From Clostridia bacterium (GTDB taxonomy: Bacteria; Bacillota; Clostridia; Oscillospirales; CAG-272): a stretch of DNA of 64,000 bases. Both the position numbers and the translations under genes were made by a program. Below are positions 8,221 through 15,956 of the stretch, in pieces. The notes beneath the pieces were generated by a model, which ran no database searches, was not told the DNA's origin, and saw nothing but the letters and a program-made list of their open reading frames with translations. The first letter of the stretch is position 1. The number at the start of each line of letters is the position of its first letter. The stretch is from positions 14,222-78,221 of the forward strand of contig JAFUOH010000003.1 of NCBI GenBank assembly GCA_017482055.1. The letters run 5' to 3'.

Positions 8221-9207
8221 CTAATTCGTGCCATTTTTTATGGGAAATGACCGTGTTTCAGAGTATACCAGCTTCTTTTCGCATATCGTGCCCGCAACGT
8301 CGCAGCCGGGAAAACCTGTAGGCTCAAACAGCGCGCTGTGGTTAGGTTCGAGCAGAGCGGTAAGATTTCCCGCCCACTTGCCTGTACAGTAGGCGCGGAG
8401 GATCTTTTCTGGCGCTTCGCTTACTCTTGTGGCAAGCTTCACATGGGTAAAATATTTTTCGTATAGGTGGATGTCCTCGGGCCGGACGAAGTTTGTGCAG
8501 TCAAGGAATCTTTTGCGGTTTCCTTCCTTCGAAAGAAAGCTCTTGCACACGCCCTCGAATGTGAAGGCGTTGTCCATTTTCACGATATCGTTTTCATGTG
8601 CCACCAAATTGTCATGGAACACATGGGCGGAGCAGTGGTTGAGACATCCGCTGTTGGCAAGCATGTGCAGGCGCTTGCCGTTTTCGCAGCACCAAGCCGT
8701 CAGCTCCTCTATTTTTGAAAAATCGCGGTTTAGCTCCCGCTTTAAATAAAAACCATCGAAGTGATCCGAGAGATATTCCATTCCCTCCACGGTGCCGATC
8801 TCCATATTTACGGAGGCGCGTACCGAGACACCCTCAAAATTGTTTTTTATGAATTTTGCGATTATTGGAGAGGTGGTGGTCACCGAATCTGTGCCGTAAG
8901 CCGATATGCAGTAGTCCAGCGTATCGCCGAGCTTATTATAAAATGCTCGCGACAGCGTATCCTCACCGTAGCACATGGCGTTGAGAAGCAGATTCATGGA
9001 AAAGCCGCATCCCGCAAGCTCGCGAAGCTCCGCATCCTGACGTACTGCGGCTTCGGCAGGTGAAAATCCGTCATTCCAGGAATCTCCTCTGCCATTCGGT
9101 ATACCGATGACCGAAAAATATATCTCACCGATCGAGTCACGGTATGTTTTTATTGCCTCCATAAAAGAGTCATTATCCGTCAGTCGGTATCCGACCGAAA
9201 ATTTCAT
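8221..9207 (-). CDS. Cys-rich protein, possibly peptidase-U32-like / TIM-barrel; first gene of the cluster
   Basis: 328-aa ORF with a GGAGGTG RBS. The N-terminus MKFSVGY...EIYFSVIGIPNGRG and the segment LANSGCLNHCSAHVFH resemble short U32-family (collagenase-like) proteins as I remember them. I cannot confirm the family assignment without an HMM search. Confidence 0.7.
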   Translation of the reverse strand: MKFSVGYRLTDNDSFMEAIKTYRDSIGEIYFSVIGIPNGRGDSWNDGFSPAEAAVRQDAELRELAGCGFSMNLLLNAMCYGEDTLSRAFYNKLGDTLDYCISAYGTDSVTTTSPIIAKFIKNNFEGVSVRASVNMEIGTVEGMEYLSDHFDGFYLKRELNRDFSKIEELTAWCCENGKRLHMLANSGCLNHCSAHVFHDNLVAHENDIVKMDNAFTFEGVCKSFLSKEGNRKRFLDCTNFVRPEDIHLYEKYFTHVKLATRVSEAPEKILRAYCTGKWAGNLTALLEPNHSALFEPTGFPGCDVAGTICEKKLVYSETRSFPIKNGTN

Positions 9208-9447
9208 ATATAATCACCTCCGTAAAGAGCTGTTGCAAATTCCCAATATAATTATACATAAAAATTGCGTCAGTAGTATAAGTAAACAAAGCCGAAATAT
9301 AATAAACCAAAGATAGAAATCGTAGTGTGTTGGCTTTATGTCTTTCGAGGCGATGCTTTGCCGTGGAAATAAAATGCTTATGGAGGCTTGGTTGTTAAAA
9401 CTAACTAATTACATTGTTACATTATTGTTAAATATGCTATGCAAATC

Positions 9448-9476
9448 TTGAAATAGAGCTGAATATGAGGTATAAT
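9448..9476 (+). promoter_or_regulatory. Sigma-A type promoter for the ABC exporter operon
   Basis: TTGAAA, a 17-nt spacer, then TATAAT, about 45 nt upstream of the start codon. The palindrome gttagg-tt-cctaac (9478-9491) lies at the predicted transcription start. Confidence 0.6.
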
Positions 9477-9521
9477 AGTTAGGTTCCTAACGATTTTCGG
9501 GAATATTATTTCGCAAAAGAG

Positions 9522-11273
9522 GTGTTACACTTGATAAAACGGCTTGCGGGCTGTATCAGAGAGTATAAGCTACCGTCGATACTTACACTTATCTTTATCG
9601 TAGGTGAAGCGGTCATCGAGACTTTTATCCCGTTTATTACCGTCGATCTTGTAAACAGTATCAAGGACGGCGTCGAGATGGACTCGATAATCAAAACCGG
9701 ATTATTGCTCGTTCTGATGGCGTGCCTGTCGCTTACCTGCGGTGGTGTTGCGGGCTTTACCTGTGCTAAAGCTTCTGCGGGATTTGCAAAAAATCTGCGC
9801 CACGATATCTTCCGCCGCATCCAAGCTTATTCCTTTGAGAATGTTGACAAATTTTCTTCAACGTCCCTTGTTACCCGTATGACAACGGATGTTACGAATG
9901 TGCAGATGGCGTATATGATGCTTATCCGCACGGCGATCCGCAGTCCGCTCATGTTTATTTTCTCAATAATCATGGCGTATGTTATGGGCGGAGCGCTTGC
10001 CACTACTTTTGTGGTCATCGTACCGTTCCTCATCTGTGGACTTCTGTTTGTCAGCCATAAGGCTATGCCTGCATTCAGAAGCGTGTTCCGCAAATACGAT
10101 AAGCTCAACGAATCCATTGAGGAAAATGTTCGCGCGATGCGCGTTGTAAAGGGCTATTCGCGTGAAGAGCACGAGAAGCGGAAGTTCGGTGCCGCGGCTG
10201 AAGATATCCGCCGCGATTTTACAAGAGCCGAGCGCATCGTTGCGCTGAACGGACCCATCATGCAGGTCTGCCTGTATTTTAACATGATCTTCGTACTGCT
10301 TGTGGGCTCCAAGATGATCATCACAAGCGGTGGTACCGAAATCTATGTGGGTCAGATCTCGGCAATGCTTACTTACGGTATGCAGATACTTATGTCCCTT
10401 ATGATGCTTTCCATGATCTATGTCATGCTTACCATGTCCTCGGAATCCATAAAGCGCATTTGCGAGGTTTTGGCAGAGGAGCCTGTACTCAAAAATCCAA
10501 AAAACGCAATAACCGAGGTAAAAGACGGCTCTATTGATTTTCGTGGTGTCAGCTTCAAATATTCTGCGAAGGCGGAAAAATATGCCCTTGCCGATATCGA
10601 ACTGCATATAAAATCGGGTATGACCGTAGGTATTCTCGGCGGTACCGGATCGGGCAAATCTACGCTGGTGCAGCTTATCCCGCGTCTTTACGATACTACC
10701 GAGGGAAGTGTCCGCGTGGGCGGCGCAGACGTGCGTGAGTACGATCTTGATACTCTTCGCGGCTCTGTTGCGATGGTACTTCAGAAGAATCTGCTGTTTT
10801 CCGGAACGATCAAAGAGAATCTCAGATGGGGCAACAAGGACGCCACCGACGAGGAGATCACCGAGGCATGCCGTCTTGCACAGGCGGATGAGTTCGTTCG
10901 CTCCTTCCCCGACGGATACAATACCATGATCGAACAGGGCGGTACCAATGTGTCGGGCGGTCAGAAGCAGCGCCTTTGTATCGCACGTGCGCTTCTTAAA
11001 AAGCCGAAGATACTCATCCTCGATGATTCCACAAGCGCTGTGGACACCAAGACCGACATGCTTATCCGCGAGGGCTTCAAGCGCTACATCCCCGAGACTA
11101 CCAAGATAATCATCGCACAGCGTGTGGCTTCCGTACAGGATGCGGACATGATCATTGTTATGGATAACGGAAGAATATCTGCCGCAGGTACTCATGACGA
11201 GCTGCTCACATCGAGTGAGATATACCGCGAGGTGTTCGCTCAGCAGACAAAGGGAGGTGACGGGAATGAGTAA
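9522..11273 (+). CDS. ABC exporter, fused permease/ATPase, subunit 1 (degenerate Walker B)
   Basis: 583-aa ORF. The TTG at 9531 is an alternative start with better spacing to AAAGAGG. It has a six-helix TMD followed by an NBD with Walker A GGTGSGKST, signature VSGGQKQR and Walker B ILILDDS (Asp where the catalytic Glu normally sits). Confidence 0.9.
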   Translation: MLHLIKRLAGCIREYKLPSILTLIFIVGEAVIETFIPFITVDLVNSIKDGVEMDSIIKTGLLLVLMACLSLTCGGVAGFTCAKASAGFAKNLRHDIFRRIQAYSFENVDKFSSTSLVTRMTTDVTNVQMAYMMLIRTAIRSPLMFIFSIIMAYVMGGALATTFVVIVPFLICGLLFVSHKAMPAFRSVFRKYDKLNESIEENVRAMRVVKGYSREEHEKRKFGAAAEDIRRDFTRAERIVALNGPIMQVCLYFNMIFVLLVGSKMIITSGGTEIYVGQISAMLTYGMQILMSLMMLSMIYVMLTMSSESIKRICEVLAEEPVLKNPKNAITEVKDGSIDFRGVSFKYSAKAEKYALADIELHIKSGMTVGILGGTGSGKSTLVQLIPRLYDTTEGSVRVGGADVREYDLDTLRGSVAMVLQKNLLFSGTIKENLRWGNKDATDEEITEACRLAQADEFVRSFPDGYNTMIEQGGTNVSGGQKQRLCIARALLKKPKILILDDSTSAVDTKTDMLIREGFKRYIPETTKIIIAQRVASVQDADMIIVMDNGRISAAGTHDELLTSSEIYREVFAQQTKGGDGNE

Positions 11274-13185
11274 GCCCCAAAATGATATGAAAACGCCGAA
11301 GCGCAGTCTTGATCTGCGCACACTCGGACGCGTCATAAAAATGCTCTTTGAAGCCTATCCCCGCCTTGTCCCGCTTACTGCGATATGCATTCTGTTTTCA
11401 GCCATAGTATCGGCGATACCGTCACTTTTCCAACAGAGAGTTCTGGCGGCAATTGAAAAATGGTATGTGCTCCGCGATTGGGAGAGTGCCAAGGAGGAGA
11501 TATTACCTCTTATATTTATCCTGATCGGTTTGTATATCCTTTCACTGGCGTCGATCACTCTGTATAATCAGCTTATGGCATATATCACCCAGGGCTTCCT
11601 CAGCAAGATGCGAATTAAAATGTTTGACGGCATGCAGGACTTGCCCATACGTTATTTTGACACCAACAAGCACGGTGACATCATGAGCCACTATACAAAC
11701 GATATTGACACGCTGCGACAGCTGGTATCGCAGTCGCTTCCCGCACTGCTCCAGTCGGTGGTCATTGTCGTAGTAGTGTTCTCCATTATGCTGTGGTACA
11801 GCATCCCCATGACGCTTATAGTTGTTCTCGGTGTTTTTGCTATGCTGTTTGTATCAAAAAAGATCGGCGGCGGTTCTGCGAAATATTTTATACGTCAGCA
11901 GATGGCGGTGGGTAAGACCGAGGGCTTTGTGCAGGAGATGATGAACGGTCAGAAGGTCATCAAGGTATTCTGCCACGAGGATGAGAGTAACGAGGACTTC
12001 GACAAGATCAACAATGCTCTCTATGAGGACAGCTACCGCGCAAACGCGTATGCAAACACCATGGGTCCCATTATCGGAAATATCGGCAATGTGCTCTATG
12101 TACTGCTTGCTACAATAGGTGCGCTTCTGCTTCTGTCGGGGGCGACCAATATCAGCATCTCGGGAATGGCGTTCAGCATCAGCATCATAGTGCCGTTCCT
12201 TAACATGACCAAGCAGTTCACGGGTAATATCAACCAGCTCTCTCAGCAGTTCAACTCCATTGCAATGGCGGGTGCAGGTGCAAAGCGAATCCTTGCGCTG
12301 ATGGATCGAGAGCCCGAGGCAGATGACGGATATGTTACCCTTGTCAATGCCAAGATCGACGAGAGCGGCAACATCACTGAGACCACCGAGCGCACAGGTA
12401 AGTGGGCATGGAAGCATCCCCACAGCGACGGCACTCTCACCTATACCGAGCTGCGCGGAGATGTACGGCTCAACGAAGTTGATTTCGGCTACGAGGATGA
12501 TAAGTTAGTGCTCCATGACGTGTCTGTCTACGCCGAACCCGGTCAGAAGGTGGCGTTTGTTGGCGCGACAGGTGCGGGCAAGACTACCATCACCAACCTT
12601 ATCAACCGCTTCTATGACATTGACGACGGTAAGATCCGCTACGACGGCATCAATATCAATAAGATAAAGAAGTCCGATCTGCGCCGCTCGCTTGGCATAG
12701 TTTTACAGGAGACCAACCTGTTCACGGGAACGGTAATGGATAATATCCGCTACGGACGCCTCGATGCCACCGATGCGGAGTGCATCGAAGCTGCGAAGCT
12801 TGCGGGCGCGGATGACTTCATAACCCGTCTGCCCGATGGCTACAACACCGAGCTCACCAACAATGGCGCCAATCTATCACAGGGACAGCGTCAGCTTATC
12901 GCAATCGCTCGTGCGGCTGTAGCCGATCCGCCCGTTATGATACTTGACGAGGCAACCTCCAGTATCGACACCCGCACTGAGGCGATAGTTCAGCGCGGTA
13001 TGGATAAGCTGATGGAGGGCAGAACAGTGTTCGTTATCGCTCACCGCCTTTCCACGGTCATGAACTCCGACGTTATCATGGTTCTTGACCATGGTCGTAT
13101 AATCGAGCGCGGCAATCATGAGAAGCTCATTGAAGAAAAGGGCACCTACTACCAGCTGTATACAGGTGCGTTTGAGCTTGAGTAA
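11266..13185 (+). CDS. ABC exporter, fused permease/ATPase, subunit 2 (canonical Walker B, degenerate signature)
   Basis: The ATG at 11266 (MSKPQNDMKTPKRS...) overlaps the upstream stop. Walker A is GATGAGKTT, the signature is LSQGQRQL and Walker B is VMILDEATS. The track start at 11155 lies inside the upstream gene. Confidence 0.9.
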   Translation: MSKPQNDMKTPKRSLDLRTLGRVIKMLFEAYPRLVPLTAICILFSAIVSAIPSLFQQRVLAAIEKWYVLRDWESAKEEILPLIFILIGLYILSLASITLYNQLMAYITQGFLSKMRIKMFDGMQDLPIRYFDTNKHGDIMSHYTNDIDTLRQLVSQSLPALLQSVVIVVVVFSIMLWYSIPMTLIVVLGVFAMLFVSKKIGGGSAKYFIRQQMAVGKTEGFVQEMMNGQKVIKVFCHEDESNEDFDKINNALYEDSYRANAYANTMGPIIGNIGNVLYVLLATIGALLLLSGATNISISGMAFSISIIVPFLNMTKQFTGNINQLSQQFNSIAMAGAGAKRILALMDREPEADDGYVTLVNAKIDESGNITETTERTGKWAWKHPHSDGTLTYTELRGDVRLNEVDFGYEDDKLVLHDVSVYAEPGQKVAFVGATGAGKTTITNLINRFYDIDDGKIRYDGININKIKKSDLRRSLGIVLQETNLFTGTVMDNIRYGRLDATDAECIEAAKLAGADDFITRLPDGYNTELTNNGANLSQGQRQLIAIARAAVADPPVMILDEATSSIDTRTEAIVQRGMDKLMEGRTVFVIAHRLSTVMNSDVIMVLDHGRIIERGNHEKLIEEKGTYYQLYTGAFELE

Positions 13186-13200
13186 TCACCGAATAAAAAT

Positions 13201-13240
13201 TATCGACCGTATCGGATGCATGCATCCTGTACGGTCGATA
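13201..13240. terminator. Bidirectional terminator hairpin
   Basis: Long near-perfect hairpin tatcgaccgta...ggatgcatgcatcc...tacggtcgata between the convergent ABC (stop 13185) and PPIase (stop 13246) genes. Confidence 0.7.
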
Positions 13241-13245
13241 TTGTA

Positions 13246-14697
13246 TCAGCCGGGAATCATATCAAGCACGGTATCGTCGAATATTACCGTGTACTGCATT
13301 GAGACTGCTTCAAGATAGGCATCAAAGCGCTCGGATATGATGTGCTCGGCCACATCAGCCTGCCATTCTTCGCTTCCTGCAGACTCAAAGAGCATCACAT
13401 GGACTCCGAGATCGGTCTCAATAATGTCTGTATCTCCAGCGCGGCGGTCGGGATCAAAGCACCATTCGTCAAAAGTGTCCACCATCTGCCCCTGCGTTAT
13501 GTTTTTATACATACCGCCGCTGTAATATGAGCCTTGATCCTCCGAATATTCAAGAACCAGCAGTGCGAAGTCATCGGAGTCCATTCCCTCGTTTTTGATT
13601 TGTGAGAGCAGCTCCTTCGCTTTTGCAGATGCTCCCTCGCGGCTTCCGTAAGTGGTGTCGGAGAGCAGAATATGGCGTACAGTCACAGTATCGGATTCAC
13701 TGCGGTAAGGCTCGGCGGTGAGCATATAGACGGTGTACATCGTATTCTCGGCATCATGAACGCTCAGCGTGTCTCCCACATTTGCGGAAAATGCCCACTC
13801 GGACACTTCACTGCCATCGCTCCATTTCGCGCCGATAGTTTTAAGCGATTGGAGTTTTGCCGTCATGTCATCCTCGCTTATGTCCGAGCCGTCCGAGCGC
13901 ATAAGCGCTTCTATGGCTTCAATAAAAGCTTTCTCGTTTTCGGATGCCGCGAGTTCTTCCGCTATGGCGATTATATCAGCTTCTGTATAACCCTCGGGGT
14001 CGTCGGCGGTTCCTTCGGTGTCATAGTAGAGCGAAAACGAATAATAGTCAACTGTCTGAAACTGCTTTGGGTCCTCGGCGAAGTATGCCGTGATCTCCGC
14101 CTCTGAGGGGGTGAGGTCGGCTTCCTTTATAATTCGGTACTTATAGGCGAGCGCTTCGAGCAATCTCGCATTATAGATGTCGTCGCTGTTGACTCCGCGC
14201 CCGTACAGACTCGCAACTGTACTGTCGGCGCGTTTTTTAATTGCGGCTTTTTCAGCTTCGGTCAGCGTGACGCCGTCATCTTTTGCGGCTTCATTGAGTG
14301 TGAGCACCGTTGTAACTGTGCTCTCAGCCGCGCTCATAAAATATTCAAACCAACTCTCGCCGTCGCTGAGCTCCTGATCCTTGAGAGAAATACTCGTATC
14401 AAGTCCGAAATATTCAAGATAGCTTCCGTAGTAATCCGTGAAGGTATGATAAATATCGCCGTAAAAATAGCTCATCACCGAGCCGTTAACGTCGATGTTC
14501 CTTGAGGATGCGGCGAGCTTACCGCGCAGATACTCACCGTTGTTAATCCTTGCGTTATACGCAGTAAGACCTGCGGTAATGACCACAGCTATGACAAGGA
14601 TGACCGATATTGTTGCAATAGCGGTGATCCTTCTGATCTTTTTTAGGGTTTGCCGATGTTCTTCACGTTCGGCTTCAAGCCGCTTAGCCTTTGACAT
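13246..14697 (-). CDS. Membrane-anchored parvulin-type peptidyl-prolyl isomerase (PrsA/SurA-like)
   Basis: 483-aa ORF with a GGAGGC RBS and an N-terminal TM anchor (ITAIATISVILVIAVVITAGL). The C-terminal PpiC/rotamase pattern is VRHILL...GGMYKNITQGQMVDTFDEWCF...DLGVHVMLF. Confidence 0.8.
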   Translation of the reverse strand: MSKAKRLEAEREEHRQTLKKIRRITAIATISVILVIAVVITAGLTAYNARINNGEYLRGKLAASSRNIDVNGSVMSYFYGDIYHTFTDYYGSYLEYFGLDTSISLKDQELSDGESWFEYFMSAAESTVTTVLTLNEAAKDDGVTLTEAEKAAIKKRADSTVASLYGRGVNSDDIYNARLLEALAYKYRIIKEADLTPSEAEITAYFAEDPKQFQTVDYYSFSLYYDTEGTADDPEGYTEADIIAIAEELAASENEKAFIEAIEALMRSDGSDISEDDMTAKLQSLKTIGAKWSDGSEVSEWAFSANVGDTLSVHDAENTMYTVYMLTAEPYRSESDTVTVRHILLSDTTYGSREGASAKAKELLSQIKNEGMDSDDFALLVLEYSEDQGSYYSGGMYKNITQGQMVDTFDEWCFDPDRRAGDTDIIETDLGVHVMLFESAGSEEWQADVAEHIISERFDAYLEAVSMQYTVIFDDTVLDMIPG

Positions 14698-14873
14698 ATA
14701 CTGCCTCCGAAAAAATTAAAGATATGTTTTTATAATATCACACTATTGTGGGCGAAACTTTAACAAGCTGTGAAAAATATTTGATTTTTACCCGCATATG
14801 TGGAATACATACCGCGTACGGCGTAATAATATAGCATGAGTGCTTATTTTTTTGTTTAAACGGGGGAAAACGC

Positions 14874-15956
14874 TTGGAAAAAAAGAAGAGCTTCCTTATT
14901 TCGGCGGTATATTATCTCACCATTGCCGCGATCATATTCCTTATTTTCAAATACGCCATTTTTATTGTGATGCCGTTTCTGATCGGATTTGCCATAGCGG
15001 CTATTCTCAACCCCACCGTTAGATTTTTCTGCGGCAAATTTGATATGAAGCGCCGACCGACGGCACTGCTTATATTGCTGATCTTTTATGCCACTATAGG
15101 AATGCTTGCGACTATCCTGGTGGTGAGGCTTGCGGTGATGATCGGAGATTTTTCGGGACGGCTCCCCTCGCTTTATGCTGATACTATTGAACCTGCGCTT
15201 GTAAAGGGGTTTGAATTTATAAACCGCTTGCTTTCAAGATTTGACGGACCGGAGGAAAGCGATTTTGCCGAGACCTTGGCGGGAATTTTTAACTCGATCA
15301 AAAACTCGCTTGGCGGTGCGGTGTCGGACATATCCGTAAGAGCGCTTGCATGGCTGTCGGGCTTTGCCGCCTCAATTCCGAAATTCGTGATCGAGCTTTT
15401 GTTTGCGGTGATATCCAGCTTTTTCTTTATTGTTGACTATGAAAAGCTGATATCCTTGGCAAAATCCCGACTGCCGAGGAGGGCAGTCGGGATAATGACG
15501 GATCTGAGAGACAGATTCTTTTCAACGGTGATAAAATACATCCGCTCCTACGCGCTTATAATGCTCATCACCTTCGCTGAGTTGTTTTTGGGGCTTATCA
15601 TTATCGGTACCGAAAACGCGGTGATGTATGCGCTGATCATCTCACTGCTTGATGTGCTTCCGGTAGTTGGAACGGGAGCCGTCATGATACCGTGGGCACT
15701 TGTTGAGTTGATACGCGGTCATGTAGGATATGCTGTAGGACTGCTTGCCATCTGGGGGGTCATCACCGTGGTGCGAAATATAATCGAGCCGAGGATCGTC
15801 GGCAAAGAGGTAGGACTTCATCCGTTGCTGACGCTTGCGGCAATGTTTGTGGGAAGCAAGCTGCTTGGTTTTATCGGATTGATCCTACTGCCTATCGGGC
15901 TGTCTATAATCATGTCCGTTCTTCGGGAGCGGGATCAATCGTCGTCGGGGATGTAG
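14874..15956 (+). CDS. AI-2E family transporter / sporulation integral membrane protein YtvI-like
   Basis: 360-aa polytopic membrane ORF with a TTG start after GGGGGAAAA. The C-terminal motif PVVGTGAVMIPWA...IIEPRIVGKEVGLHPL is typical of the PerM/AI-2E family. It ends in TAG at 15954-15956 and overlaps the convergent protease gene by 22 nt. Confidence 0.75.
   Translation: MEKKKSFLISAVYYLTIAAIIFLIFKYAIFIVMPFLIGFAIAAILNPTVRFFCGKFDMKRRPTALLILLIFYATIGMLATILVVRLAVMIGDFSGRLPSLYADTIEPALVKGFEFINRLLSRFDGPEESDFAETLAGIFNSIKNSLGGAVSDISVRALAWLSGFAASIPKFVIELLFAVISSFFFIVDYEKLISLAKSRLPRRAVGIMTDLRDRFFSTVIKYIRSYALIMLITFAELFLGLIIIGTENAVMYALIISLLDVLPVVGTGAVMIPWALVELIRGHVGYAVGLLAIWGVITVVRNIIEPRIVGKEVGLHPLLTLAAMFVGSKLLGFIGLILLPIGLSIIMSVLRERDQSSSGM

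Noticed and set aside
9963-11336. 457-aa minus-strand ORF
   Set aside because: It is antisense to the first ABC exporter gene, which carries unambiguous Walker and signature motifs.
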